Shown one piece after another: positions 27,747 through 37,582 of a stretch of DNA of 59,432 nucleotides. A program made the position numbers and the translations under genes. Below the pieces are notes generated by a model, which saw only the letters and a program-made list of their open reading frames with translations, ran no database searches and was not told the DNA's origin. The DNA is from a virus (lineage: Duplodnaviria; Caudoviricetes), in IMG/VR virus record IMGVR_UViG_3300014838_001974, positions 1-59,432 of that record; one strand, given 5' to 3'. How positions within the stretch are numbered: position 1 is the first letter of the stretch; each line of letters begins with the position of its first letter.

Positions 27747-28796
27747 TCACCCAATGACCGGCACCCGGTAGTCGTCGATCAGTCCCTGGATATCCGGCGG
27801 GAAACCGGCGCCGCCGGGCCCGTTGGCAAACCAGTACAGGGCCGAATACACGCCCTCGATATTTTCCGACCGCAGGTTCGGATCGCGCGTCGCGGCGAAA
27901 TAGGCGCCGCGCACCAGGCGAATGCAGGCATCCTGCAGCGACGCGATGTCCGGATCGCCCTTGGCGTAGCCCGCCTGATAGACGATCTGGATCGGCAGCA
28001 TTTCCCATTTGCAGGGGTAGCCGTCGTTGAAGAGGCGGGAGAGCTGGGCCTTCCTGTAGTCCGCGTCGAAGTCCTGGCCCTCGATCAAATTCTGCGGGAT
28101 CAGGCTGATGTTCGAATTGTTGACGTTGGCGTTCAAGGTCACCGAGATGAATGTCGGCAGAGCAGGCCCAGGTTGAACTCCGGTCGCACTCATGGTCCAC
28201 GATACGTTCAGCGCCAGCGGCACGGCGTTCTGCCTGGTCTCGGCACCGGAAGCCGTGCCGACATAGACATTCCAGCCGGTCGCCAGCGCGTTCGGATCCG
28301 CCGGCGGCGCTGCGACCTGCAGCAAATTGTCGGCCGCAATCACCAGATTCGCCTCCGGCGACATCGGCGTCTCGCCGGTCGGCGTGGTGTAGCTAATGCG
28401 AACGAAGTAGTTCTGGGCCGCCAATGTGCCTCCGGCGACCGCCGCGAGCGCCCCGGGCGCGGTCGGCGCGGCGTCGAGGGCGATGCACGGCGAGCCAGCG
28501 ATCGGCCATTCCTGCAACTGCAGCGGCTTGAAGCCGGAGGGCAGCTGCCATGGGTAGGGATCGCGCTGCGACCACAGCCATTCGAGATAAGTCTGGATCT
28601 GGAACGTGCGGTTGCAATACTTCCGGATCGCGCTCGATGCCTGCGTGATGAAGAGCGAAAGATTCTTGTCCGAGTTGGTGTTGGTGATGCCGAGGATCGA
28701 CTTCACCGTCGCCAGATCAATAAGATCGTAGGGCTTCTGGTTCGCGTACCAGCCGGGCGTCGGAGCCAGCACGCGTTTGATGATGGTGGGCGCCAT
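27747..28796 (-). CDS. Head-tail adaptor (HK97 gp6-like) with inserted domain
   Basis: LIDLATVKSILGI, ITQASSAIRKYCNRTF, YQAGY..LQDACIRLV and LIDDYR motifs. Confidence 0.75.
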   Translation of the reverse strand: MAPTIIKRVLAPTPGWYANQKPYDLIDLATVKSILGITNTNSDKNLSLFITQASSAIRKYCNRTFQIQTYLEWLWSQRDPYPWQLPSGFKPLQLQEWPIAGSPCIALDAAPTAPGALAAVAGGTLAAQNYFVRISYTTPTGETPMSPEANLVIAADNLLQVAAPPADPNALATGWNVYVGTASGAETRQNAVPLALNVSWTMSATGVQPGPALPTFISVTLNANVNNSNISLIPQNLIEGQDFDADYRKAQLSRLFNDGYPCKWEMLPIQIVYQAGYAKGDPDIASLQDACIRLVRGAYFAATRDPNLRSENIEGVYSALYWFANGPGGAGFPPDIQGLIDDYRVPVIG

Positions 28797-28797
28797 C

Positions 28798-29016
28798 TTA
28801 CTTCGTCAGATAGCTCTGCGGGCGCCGCGCAGGCACAGACAGCCGCGGTTTCATCCCGGGGCGCGATGACTCCGGCTCGGCTTGCGCGGCCGGCCAATCG
28901 ACGGCGCTGGAAACAGAGCCCTCGGCCTCGAGGCTAGCTGCGATTTCATCGGATACCAGCTTGGTCTCGCCGGCACCGTAGGGCGCCATGGCGCGATTGA
29001 ATGTCACGAGCTTCAT
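28798..29016 (-). CDS. Small head-associated hypothetical protein
   Basis: MKLVTFNRAMAPYGAGET...AASLEAEG, a pattern often seen after capsid genes; coupled to the upstream gene. Confidence 0.65.
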   Translation of the reverse strand: MKLVTFNRAMAPYGAGETKLVSDEIAASLEAEGSVSSAVDWPAAQAEPESSRPGMKPRLSVPARRPQSYLTK

Positions 29017-29777
29017 TCCGCGGCCTCCATCAGTTTCGGCGTCGAGCGCAGCATCTCGGAAATGCAGCCCGAATAGGCCCGGTTGCCGATGTGCGAGAGC
29101 CAGATGGTCGGGTCGATCCAGACTTCGCCGCCAAGGGCCCGCCAGCGGCGGCAAAACACAAAGTCCTCGCCCATCTCGCTGGTGTCGTCGGGATCGAAGC
29201 GGAAAAACTGAAAGTAATTCGCCTTGACGGCGGCGCTCATGCCCTCGTGGCCGTCGCGCTTCCATTCCGGATGCGCGGACTTAAGCTGCTCGAGGGCGGA
29301 GCGTGAAATCTTCAGGAGTCCAGTACCGACCGCTAGCACCTTGACCGCGCCCATGGCGTCCTGGTCGAGATGGCCTTCGGCGCCGGCTTCAAAATGCACG
29401 CACCAAACATTCGGATCGCTGTTCGGCTTGTCGACCCGCTTGCGCCCCACGCCCCCGATCACTTCCTTGTCGGAGGCCAATAGGCGCACGATCGCTTCCG
29501 GCTTCCAACCCATATCGTCATCGATGAAGATCAGGTCGTCGCAGTCGGAGGCAAGGAAGCGCGCCACGAGCTCGTTGCGCGCGCGGGGAAGATTCGACGA
29601 TCCGACCACGAACTGGCTGCATTGCCGGATTCCGGTCTGCAGCAGATGCACGGAGGTTTCCGCAAACGCCAGGGTATATTCCAGGCAAGGCGAGCGGGCG
29701 ACTGGCGTGCAGATCATCACCGCACGCGATCGGGCGCGTTCCAGCCTGGCCAACGCTACCGGGTCGAGATCGGACAT
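29013..29777 (-). CDS. GT-A fold glycosyltransferase-like protein
   Basis: VMICTP, PRARNELVARFL, LIFIDDDMGW (DxD), VGTGLLKISR and GEDFVFCRRW..GGEVWIDP..L.HIG. Confidence 0.8.
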   Translation of the reverse strand: MSDLDPVALARLERARSRAVMICTPVARSPCLEYTLAFAETSVHLLQTGIRQCSQFVVGSSNLPRARNELVARFLASDCDDLIFIDDDMGWKPEAIVRLLASDKEVIGGVGRKRVDKPNSDPNVWCVHFEAGAEGHLDQDAMGAVKVLAVGTGLLKISRSALEQLKSAHPEWKRDGHEGMSAAVKANYFQFFRFDPDDTSEMGEDFVFCRRWRALGGEVWIDPTIWLSHIGNRAYSGCISEMLRSTPKLMEAAE

Positions 29778-29855
29778 ACTCGCTCCTGACAGAACTTGAT
29801 GGAGCGCTGCGGGACGGACGCCCCGCAGCGATATCTCTCGAAGAGTAACCAGCGA

Positions 29856-30377
29856 TCAGGTCGCCGGCGCGACCAGCTGGTCGAAGCCGCCGAAGGTGAT
29901 GCCGATCGCCTGAATGACCGCGGTGTCAGTGCCGGTCCGCGACATGTGCGGAATGCCCGCCACACGAAGGTATCGATTGGCACCGGCGAGGCTGATGCCG
30001 GGGGTGTTGCCGGGGTTGTTCGAGGACGGAACGACCAACCTGGCGACGCCGCTGACAAGGCCACCTCCGGAAGGTCCGGTGACGACGACGGTCGACGCTT
30101 CGGTCGCATAGTCGGTCCATGTCGAGTTGTCCGGACCGGTCTGCACGTCGAGGGAAAAGGACAGCGTCTGCCCCGACCCAAGCGTCGCCGAATAGAAGAC
30201 CTCAATGTCGCACGACAGCGGCATCGAGCCGGTTGCAAGGCCCTCGCGATCGACCGAAGACGAGGTGAAGGAAATCGAGTCGGATCCACCGCCGGCGGTC
30301 CAGGAATACGGAGCGCTAAGCAGCGACTTGGTGTCGATCAAGGCACCAAGATTTTTCTGAAGTACGATATCGCTCAT
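29856..30377 (-). CDS. Probable capsid decoration/cement protein
   Basis: Immediately downstream of the major capsid gene; strong AAGGA SD; beta-rich, ending ANRYLRV. Confidence 0.6.
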   Translation of the reverse strand: MSDIVLQKNLGALIDTKSLLSAPYSWTAGGGSDSISFTSSSVDREGLATGSMPLSCDIEVFYSATLGSGQTLSFSLDVQTGPDNSTWTDYATEASTVVVTGPSGGGLVSGVARLVVPSSNNPGNTPGISLAGANRYLRVAGIPHMSRTGTDTAVIQAIGITFGGFDQLVAPAT

Positions 30378-30464
30378 GAGCGTGATGTCCTTGAGAAAGA
30401 GGGAAAGGGGAAAAGCGTCCGCCTCTGTTTTACGAGAGGCGGTTGCCGGTCGGATTCAGAGCGA

Positions 30465-31946
30465 TCAGCTAATCGCGGGCGCCCAACGAACGAACTGGTC
30501 GACCGCAATCGATGCGGGATGCCGCATCTGGAAGTCGTGCTCCTGGATCGCGCGGATGATGGTCTGATCCTTCTGGAAGGCCGAGACCGTCGCACCGGTG
30601 GAGTCGATGTACATGCCCTCGCGGGACACCGCGAGCTCCATGGTCATCGCATCCAGGATCATGGCGTCGGTCATCTCCACCAGGAAGATGAACGAGCAGT
30701 CCTTGTTGGTGCCGGTCGTGTCCCAGATATTGATTGGGATCTGGGTCGACTTCTTGAACGGATAACCCAGCAGCGTGCCGCGCGACAGTTCGTCCCGGTA
30801 GACATAGACGCCGAGCGAATTCTGCACGTTGTTGAGGTAGTTGAAGATGCGGGGATGGAAGAACCACACCCGGCGCATATCGGGGACATTGGCGGTATCG
30901 AGCTTGTTGACCAGGCCGCCGAGCTCGGCTGCCGCGGTTGCCAGCGTATAGGCCAACGTCGAGGTGATGAAGTTGCCGCCGACGGCCGCGGTCGAATTCG
31001 CGGTCGCCGACCAAAGGCCCTGGGTGCCGGCATTCTGCAAGGCCCACATGTTCGCGAACGAAATGAACCCGCGCGGCGTATCCAGGGTGCCGTCGCCGAG
31101 CATGAACGCGAGATCTTCGCGCAGCGCCATCACCTTCACTAGGTCGTCGCGCACGAAGGCGTCGGCGGCCGGATCGGAATAGCGCATCAGATCGTTGGTG
31201 ACCGGCACCAATGCCGTCAGTTTCTTGTAGGTGGCGACAATCTGGCCGAGCTGCTGCTGGGAAGCCGTGATGGTCGCGGTTTCGCCGGAATAGGTCGCGG
31301 TCGCGGCCTGAGTCTGGGCGGGCAAGGTCATGGTGCCGCGCGGCATCGGCATGGTTCGCGGATTGGAGGCGCGAACGACCGCCAAAGGCCGCAACAGTTC
31401 GATGATCTCGTTGATGTACTCCGGAGGCACCATGAAGCCACCCGAGGCGCCGACGCCGGCGAGCAATGCCTTGGTAATGGGGTGGTTCTCGCCGTAGATC
31501 TCCTTGGCGTGCTGGCGCGCTTCGTAGAACGAGCCGTGGCCAAGGCCGATCATCTTGGCGATGCCGCCCATCACCAGACCCTTGTTGGTGACAAGACCGC
31601 GGGCCTTGGCAGCGGATTCCGACGTCCAGGGATCGTCATTGGCGGTCGCGGGAACGAGCGGGCGGTCCTGGCCGTTCACCGGTACCAGCGACTTGCGCTC
31701 CAGGTCCTGCATCGCCTGCAGGCGATCGATCTCGGCGTCGAATTCGGTTTCGGTCGCCTTGATCTTGAGGTCGATGTCCTCGATCGACTTCTTCAATCGG
31801 GCGAACTCGACGTCGTCGGTGCCGATCTTGAAATCCTTCTTCGGCTTTTCGCCGACGGTCTTCATCTTGGTGTAGTCGGCGAGACGAAGAGCGTTCAGCT
31901 CCTCGAGCGCCTTGGCGCGCGCGGCGCGCACGGCTGCGATCGTCAT
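30465..31946 (-). CDS. Major capsid protein, HK97 family
   Basis: N-terminal coiled-coil delta domain; GGFMVPPEYINEIIELLR, KKLTALVPVTNDLM, GTLLGYP and SAFQKDQTIIRA..HDF..RHP. Confidence 0.95.
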   Translation of the reverse strand: MTIAAVRAARAKALEELNALRLADYTKMKTVGEKPKKDFKIGTDDVEFARLKKSIEDIDLKIKATETEFDAEIDRLQAMQDLERKSLVPVNGQDRPLVPATANDDPWTSESAAKARGLVTNKGLVMGGIAKMIGLGHGSFYEARQHAKEIYGENHPITKALLAGVGASGGFMVPPEYINEIIELLRPLAVVRASNPRTMPMPRGTMTLPAQTQAATATYSGETATITASQQQLGQIVATYKKLTALVPVTNDLMRYSDPAADAFVRDDLVKVMALREDLAFMLGDGTLDTPRGFISFANMWALQNAGTQGLWSATANSTAAVGGNFITSTLAYTLATAAAELGGLVNKLDTANVPDMRRVWFFHPRIFNYLNNVQNSLGVYVYRDELSRGTLLGYPFKKSTQIPINIWDTTGTNKDCSFIFLVEMTDAMILDAMTMELAVSREGMYIDSTGATVSAFQKDQTIIRAIQEHDFQMRHPASIAVDQFVRWAPAIS

Positions 31947-32076
31947 GATGCGTATCCTTGAAAAGGGTGAAAGGGGTTTCGTCCACGCGCCATGTCGGCA
32001 GCGGTCGTCATCACCATGTCGGCGATGCGGGCGTGTCGCCCTTCAACTTGGTCCGGCGTGTCGCCGGGAAATTTCG

Positions 32077-33690
32077 TCAGGCCTTGGCGGGCAGCTCCAG
32101 CACCCGCTTGCGACCATCGACATCCGCGGCGAGCTCTCCATCGTCGTTGCCGTCGTCGTCATCGTCGGTTTCATCGGCGTCGGGCTTTTTCTTGCCGTCG
32201 TCGTCGCCCTGCATGGCCTTGACGTGCTCGCCGGTCTCCTCGATGTGCTGCTGCAGCTCTTCCATGTGGTCGTGGAGATAATCGTGCAGGTGGGCGGCCT
32301 TGGCACAGCAGGTTTCCATCTTGTCGGTGCACTTCGACATTTCGTCGAGATGATCGGTATTGTCAGCGGCCTTCGAGCCCGTCATCGCTTTGAGATGTCC
32401 CTTCATCTCGTCGATGTGGCCCTTCAGTTCCTCCGTGTGGCCGCCTGCCTCGTCGTGAAGATCGGCCATCTTCTCGCGGCACGCGTCCATCGCCTTGGTG
32501 CACTTGTCGATGGCGTCGAGATGGGCTTGGTTCGCCTGGCTGAAGCGCCGGCCGGCCTTTTGTGCCTTCGGCAAAAGAGACTTCAGAACCTTGGCGCGCG
32601 CAGCCTTGTCACCGTCGGGTGAAACATTGGCGAGCAATTCTGCGACTTCTTCCTGCGACATCGCCACGAAGGCGTCGGCCAGGACACGAAGCCCTTCCGC
32701 CAGCATGGCCGGGACCTTGCTGCCGTCGCCCTCCATCTCCGCTTCCCAGGCGGAAGACATCACCGCCCAGCCCAGATCCTCAAGCATCGATGCTAGCTGC
32801 GCGCAGCCATACATGCCCTTGGTGACGATGGTGGCGGACTTGATCTTCATGGCGGAAGCTCCCTTGCCATCGTCGCTGAATTTGGCTTCGTAATGATCGA
32901 TGACGGCGCGCGCCTTTTTTGCCGCAGCGTCCGGAATGTCGGTCTGCGGCGGGCGCGAAGCCGCGGCGCGAATGCCGCTCTTGAGCGCGACCAAGCGGCC
33001 ATCCTTCACCTTGGCGAACGGCAGCTTGTACGAGCCCTTCAGGGCCGGTGCCGAGGCGTCGTAGACCAGAAAGCCCTTGCGGGCGAAATTGGTGTCGGGC
33101 TTGTCTCCGTCGAAGCCGCAATGCGCGAAGATCGAGGCTTCGGCATCCGGGCCATCCCAGCTTGAATCCTCGTCGATGGTGAGATTGCGCGATGCCCCGA
33201 CCTTCCATTCGGAATCGGCCTTGGTCTTCGACGGCAACGAGCGGGCGATTGTCACGGCCTCGAAGTTGCAAGCCACGACGACACAGGAGAGCTCCAGTAA
33301 TTCCCATTGCAGATATTTGAAGCCACCTGTCTTGCCAATTGGTTCGAATTCGATCGGGTCGAAGCCAACCGAAACATCTGTCGCAACACCCGCCTTGTAT
33401 TTTGCGCAAACCTCATCGGCGAGAGCCGAAATGCCCTTGTCGAGAAATGTAATGAGGCCATCCACCTCGGTCTCCGAGATGGTGATGGCTGCGCTGCCTA
33501 CGAGGGAATGGATCTTCGCATCATGGTCCGCCAGAACCGGGAAGACTTTCTTGCGAAGGAAACAGCCCTTGGGAACGAGGATATCCCCAGCGCGATCGAC
33601 AACGCCGCTCGAGGCGCGGACGCGGATCTGCCGATCCGAGAGACCGTCGCCAATCGCTACGACGGAAAGCGGCATATCCTTTCGGATCAT
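32077..33690 (-). CDS. Prohead protease (HK97/S78 type) with long C-terminal extensions
   Basis: VDRAGDI, VLADHD, VSVGF and ELLELSCVVVACN in the N-terminal ~150 aa; position between portal and capsid genes. Confidence 0.88.
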   Translation of the reverse strand: MIRKDMPLSVVAIGDGLSDRQIRVRASSGVVDRAGDILVPKGCFLRKKVFPVLADHDAKIHSLVGSAAITISETEVDGLITFLDKGISALADEVCAKYKAGVATDVSVGFDPIEFEPIGKTGGFKYLQWELLELSCVVVACNFEAVTIARSLPSKTKADSEWKVGASRNLTIDEDSSWDGPDAEASIFAHCGFDGDKPDTNFARKGFLVYDASAPALKGSYKLPFAKVKDGRLVALKSGIRAAASRPPQTDIPDAAAKKARAVIDHYEAKFSDDGKGASAMKIKSATIVTKGMYGCAQLASMLEDLGWAVMSSAWEAEMEGDGSKVPAMLAEGLRVLADAFVAMSQEEVAELLANVSPDGDKAARAKVLKSLLPKAQKAGRRFSQANQAHLDAIDKCTKAMDACREKMADLHDEAGGHTEELKGHIDEMKGHLKAMTGSKAADNTDHLDEMSKCTDKMETCCAKAAHLHDYLHDHMEELQQHIEETGEHVKAMQGDDDGKKKPDADETDDDDDGNDDGELAADVDGRKRVLELPAKA

Positions 33691-33702
33691 CTCGTCAAAC
33701 CC

Positions 33703-35178
33703 CTAGTTGACCGGCTGGTCGAGACCGACCGTTTCGCCGCGAAGCGTTGCGATGAAATTCGCGTTCGCGTCCTCGCCGATCGTCTTTCGCTTGCGAAAGC
33801 CGCCCAGCAACTGCTGCAGTTCCGCTACGGTCTTCGAAACGCGGCGCATCTTTTCTTCGTCGTCGCTATCGGCGTTGTTGCCGCCAGGCTCCGCAACCGG
33901 ATCCGGCAGATTGCCGGCGGCCGGCCGTCCATTGTTGTCCGGCGCCGTTCCGGTCGCGTCGCTGCCAAGCGAGGCGAGATTGACCGGCGCGCGAACCTCA
34001 TCGCCACCCGGCACCGGCGGCAAGCGCTCGCCGGCGCGGAACTCGTTGGTTGCGATCAGGCCCGACAACGTACCCATCCGGCCGATGTTGTAGCGGGTCA
34101 GGATATCGGTGCGCAGCAGGCGGCTCTCGTCCAGTCCGATTTCGAGACCTTCGTCCGAAAGCCCGAGCTCATAGTCCAGCTTCTGTTCCCAGCGATCGAG
34201 ATCCGGCGCGATGGTGTCGTTGACGTATTCCTGGTTGACCTGAACCAGGTTGACGCCGCGGAGCTGCTCGAGGCCAAGCTTGAACGGCGGGATCCGATAG
34301 AAGCGGGCGATATCGCCGAGCTGAAACTGGCGCTGCTCGATGAAGGCGAGATCGGAGGAGGTCAGCTGCAACGCGGTCGCCTTCATGCCCTCCTCGAGGA
34401 CGACGGTGTTGCCGGTGTTCTGCAGACCGGCCTTCAATTCGTCCCACTGCTGCTTCAGGCGCTTTGCGGCCGCTTCCGAAACCGTCTTGCTCGATTCCAG
34501 CACGATGCTGGGCCGCGAACCGTTCGCCATCCAGCGCGCGGCCTGCTGCTCCAGCCCCATCGCGACGCCGATCGCATCGCGGGCCATGCCGATGGTCGAG
34601 ATCGCCACCAGCGCGTTGAACGACAACCCGCGCAGGTGAACGATGTCTTCCTGCGCGATGGTCGGCGGAAAATCCCGCAGCATCGCGATCTGCCAGAGCC
34701 CGATGCGGTTGACGTTGTAGAAAATCTCTCCGTTGACCGATTCCATCACCAGGACGGCGTCCGGGTTGATCGGGATCAGTTCGGTGATCTGGCCTTTGCT
34801 GTTGCGTATCTTCGCGGCGTAGGCGTTGCCGCGCAAGAGATAGGCGGCATTCATCTGCTCGGAAAATTCAAACCAGGTCTGCTGCCGGTTCGGCCGCTTC
34901 AGCAGCTTCGCCATCGGATGATTGGTGACGATCTGGCGGCTGCCATCATCTTTTGGCTTGTAGATTCGGGGCGTACAGCGCGCCATGTCCTGTGATCGAA
35001 TGGTCACGCAGGCATACAGCGCGCCCACCGACATCGCGGTGCCCTGGCTGATCAGCAGCCCGGTCGCCGAGGGCGTCGAACCCAGTGTCGGCAGGTAGCC
35101 CTGTGAGGGGAATGACGCCCCGCCGAGTGCCTTGAACACCGTGCCGATGCCGGCGCCGATTGACTTGGCAATGCCCAT
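33703..35178 (-). CDS. Portal protein, HK97 family
   Basis: ALYACVTIRS, LLKRPN, LLRGNAYA, IVHLRG, VLEEGM, IARFYRIPP and TNEFRAGE.LPPVPGGD. Confidence 0.95.
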   Translation of the reverse strand: MGIAKSIGAGIGTVFKALGGASFPSQGYLPTLGSTPSATGLLISQGTAMSVGALYACVTIRSQDMARCTPRIYKPKDDGSRQIVTNHPMAKLLKRPNRQQTWFEFSEQMNAAYLLRGNAYAAKIRNSKGQITELIPINPDAVLVMESVNGEIFYNVNRIGLWQIAMLRDFPPTIAQEDIVHLRGLSFNALVAISTIGMARDAIGVAMGLEQQAARWMANGSRPSIVLESSKTVSEAAAKRLKQQWDELKAGLQNTGNTVVLEEGMKATALQLTSSDLAFIEQRQFQLGDIARFYRIPPFKLGLEQLRGVNLVQVNQEYVNDTIAPDLDRWEQKLDYELGLSDEGLEIGLDESRLLRTDILTRYNIGRMGTLSGLIATNEFRAGERLPPVPGGDEVRAPVNLASLGSDATGTAPDNNGRPAAGNLPDPVAEPGGNNADSDDEEKMRRVSKTVAELQQLLGGFRKRKTIGEDANANFIATLRGETVGLDQPVN

Positions 35179-36953
35179 CAGACCACCAGGAAGCCGCGCT
35201 TCTCATAGACGGACGGTCCGCCATTCGACGGTTCCGGATTCAGCGACATCAGATGCGCGGCGTTGAACAGCGCCACCAAGGGGTCGATCTTTCCGAACCC
35301 GGCTTCCTCGCGCGCGATGCGCGAAGCGGTCGAGGTTAAGACCACTTGCGCATTGCCGACGCACCAGTTGAGCAGCTCGGAGCCGCAGTGAAGGAACGTC
35401 CGGTCGCCGAGCTTGCGCTCAAGGGTCTTGAAGGCCCCCATCAGGCCGATGCCCTGCCGGACCGCGTCGAGCGTCTCGGCGTCCTGCGTAATATCGATCT
35501 TCGCCAGCGCATCGACGATGCCGCCAATGCCGGCGGCGTCGACGCCAACCTGGGCGAGTAGTCCAAAGTCCCTTACCTTCACCACAAGATCGACGATGTA
35601 CTGGATATCATCGGGCAGCGGCGGATCGTAACCGTCCGGCAGCTTCGTCATATCCACGCCGGCGAACCCGTCGACGAAGCAGAATTCCGTCAGCGTGCCT
35701 TCCTTCTTGAAGCGATTGTAGTCCTCGGTGTTGGCCTTGCGCCGTTCGGCACCGATGTCCGAGATGAAGGCGTGCGCCCAGCCCAGCCAGCGTTTGGTCT
35801 TCTTCTCGCGCCCGATCACGCCGATGCCGAGCAGGTCGTCATTGCCGCCGCCGTCGAGGCCGATCGTGACGACTTCGCTGCGCTCCAGCAGCGTCTCCAG
35901 TGTCAACGTCGGGTCGATGCCGCGGTCCCAGACTTCGGCGCCGGCCCAGCCGTCGGCGCGCTGCGACATGCCGGCCTGGACGTTGAGAAACTTCGCATCC
36001 CAGTCGATGACAGAAGCTTTGCCGGCGCGCAGCGCCTCGGCGCGCTTACCCTTGAGAAAGACCGGATCGACCGACTTGCTCCAGTTCGGATTAGGGATGT
36101 ACCAGTTATCGAAGTTCTCATAGGCCTTCGACTTGATCATCTCCTCCGGAAATTCGTAGATGATCGGCAGACTCTGCGGGTCGACCAGCTTGCCGTCGCG
36201 GATATCGCGAAAATCCTTCAGCTTCTGGTCGAAGATACCGGATGGTGGCTTCGGCGACTGCGTCGTCAGATAAATCACGAAGCCTTCGGGTCGCGAATTC
36301 AGTCCTCCCTCCGCTTCGCGGATCATCGATTCCGCGTTGGCGCGCATGCCGAACAGCCAGAGTTCGTCGATCAAGAGGCCAATCGTCTTCTTGCCCGACA
36401 CCGTCTCGCTGTCGGCCGCGGCGACCTTGAGGAAAGCTCCCGTAGTGCGATGGGTGATCAGCCGCTGGCTGTCCTGGACGTGCAGCAGGCTGGTCAGCTT
36501 CTCGTCGGCGCGGATCATGTCGCGCGCCGGGAAAAACGAATTGTCCGCGACCTCCTTGGTCGGCGCCAGGATGTAGAACTCGCCGCTCTCGCGCCAATTG
36601 CGCATCAAGGCGGTCACCATGATGCCGGCGGCCAAGGTCGACTTGGTATTTTTCTTGCCAACGCAAAGGAAGAAATATCGGATCAGTCTGCGACCGAGAT
36701 TGGCCGCGCCGGATATACCCTCTGCGTCATAGGAACCGAACAGCGCGCGCGGTAGGTCATAAACCCACGGCAGGCAGCACTCTTCGATGGTGGGGCGTCC
36801 AGGCACATCGACGATGTGCAGGTCTCGGAAAATCGATAGCGCAGCTTCTGCCTCATCGGGAAAAAGCGCATCGAACGTCACCAGCGATTGCCGATTGACG
36901 ATGCGTTCTTTCCAGTCGGGGCATGCTGTCGACCAGCTCGGCACAAAATTCAT
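35178..36953 (-). CDS. terL: Terminase large subunit
   Basis: Walker A-like VGKKNTKST, Walker B LLIDELW, nuclease motifs GLDGG.NDDL and KIDPLVALFNA. Confidence 0.93.
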   Translation of the reverse strand: MNFVPSWSTACPDWKERIVNRQSLVTFDALFPDEAEAALSIFRDLHIVDVPGRPTIEECCLPWVYDLPRALFGSYDAEGISGAANLGRRLIRYFFLCVGKKNTKSTLAAGIMVTALMRNWRESGEFYILAPTKEVADNSFFPARDMIRADEKLTSLLHVQDSQRLITHRTTGAFLKVAAADSETVSGKKTIGLLIDELWLFGMRANAESMIREAEGGLNSRPEGFVIYLTTQSPKPPSGIFDQKLKDFRDIRDGKLVDPQSLPIIYEFPEEMIKSKAYENFDNWYIPNPNWSKSVDPVFLKGKRAEALRAGKASVIDWDAKFLNVQAGMSQRADGWAGAEVWDRGIDPTLTLETLLERSEVVTIGLDGGGNDDLLGIGVIGREKKTKRWLGWAHAFISDIGAERRKANTEDYNRFKKEGTLTEFCFVDGFAGVDMTKLPDGYDPPLPDDIQYIVDLVVKVRDFGLLAQVGVDAAGIGGIVDALAKIDITQDAETLDAVRQGIGLMGAFKTLERKLGDRTFLHCGSELLNWCVGNAQVVLTSTASRIAREEAGFGKIDPLVALFNAAHLMSLNPEPSNGGPSVYEKRGFLVV

Positions 36954-37582
36954 TGCACCGTTCCGGTTCGCATCGAGCCGGGCGGCGGCGGCGGCGCATA
37001 TTTGCCGGCGGCAGCGTTCCGGGCGACGACGGCGGCCTCTTCCTTCTTGCCGAGTGCCTTCGGCTGCAGGCCTTCCGGCACCTTAGCGACCTGGACGGTC
37101 CCCACTCCCCGATCGAGCAGCGACTTCGCCGCCGAAACCCTCGCGCCCTCTGTTTCGCCGCGCGTGGCGATCGAGCCAAGTACCTCGATCGCCAGGTTGG
37201 CGTACTTCCTCGCCTCGACGCGGATCTCATCGCCGACGACAGCTGCTGGCCGGATGCCTCCGAACAGTGAGAGCTGCGAGAGGCCGCCGACGTCGACGGA
37301 CGGCTTGCCATAGCCGCGGTCGAGGATGGCGTTCGCGGCGTTCACCTTCGCGGTCTCGCTCTTGCCGTGGCAGAGCTGCTTCACCAGCGAGGCGATCGCG
37401 CCGCGCGAATACGCCTGAGCCGTCGACTCGATGTCGTCGGGCGCTGGAGCCGCCAGCGCCGCTTCCAGGTCGAGCGCCGGCAGTGCCGACGTGGCCTTGT
37501 GACCTTTCGGCTTCCGGCCGGCGCCAGGGCGGCTGCCGCCACGCTTCGACTTGGCCGGCGCCGCACTGGCGCTCTTGCTCAT
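36950..37582 (-). CDS. terS: Terminase small subunit
   Basis: RGGSRPGAGRKPK N-terminus and GKKEEA..A..AAAGKYAPPPPP C-terminus; coupled to terL. Confidence 0.75.
   Translation of the reverse strand: MSKSASAAPAKSKRGGSRPGAGRKPKGHKATSALPALDLEAALAAPAPDDIESTAQAYSRGAIASLVKQLCHGKSETAKVNAANAILDRGYGKPSVDVGGLSQLSLFGGIRPAAVVGDEIRVEARKYANLAIEVLGSIATRGETEGARVSAAKSLLDRGVGTVQVAKVPEGLQPKALGKKEEAAVVARNAAAGKYAPPPPPGSMRTGTVQ

Noticed and set aside
7991-34995. Long + strand ORFs (e.g. 7991-9298, 15659-17350, 18347-19678, 27588-28937, 29796-31142, 33307-34995)
   Set aside because: Antisense shadows of recognisable - strand genes in high-GC DNA; Arg-rich and without motifs.
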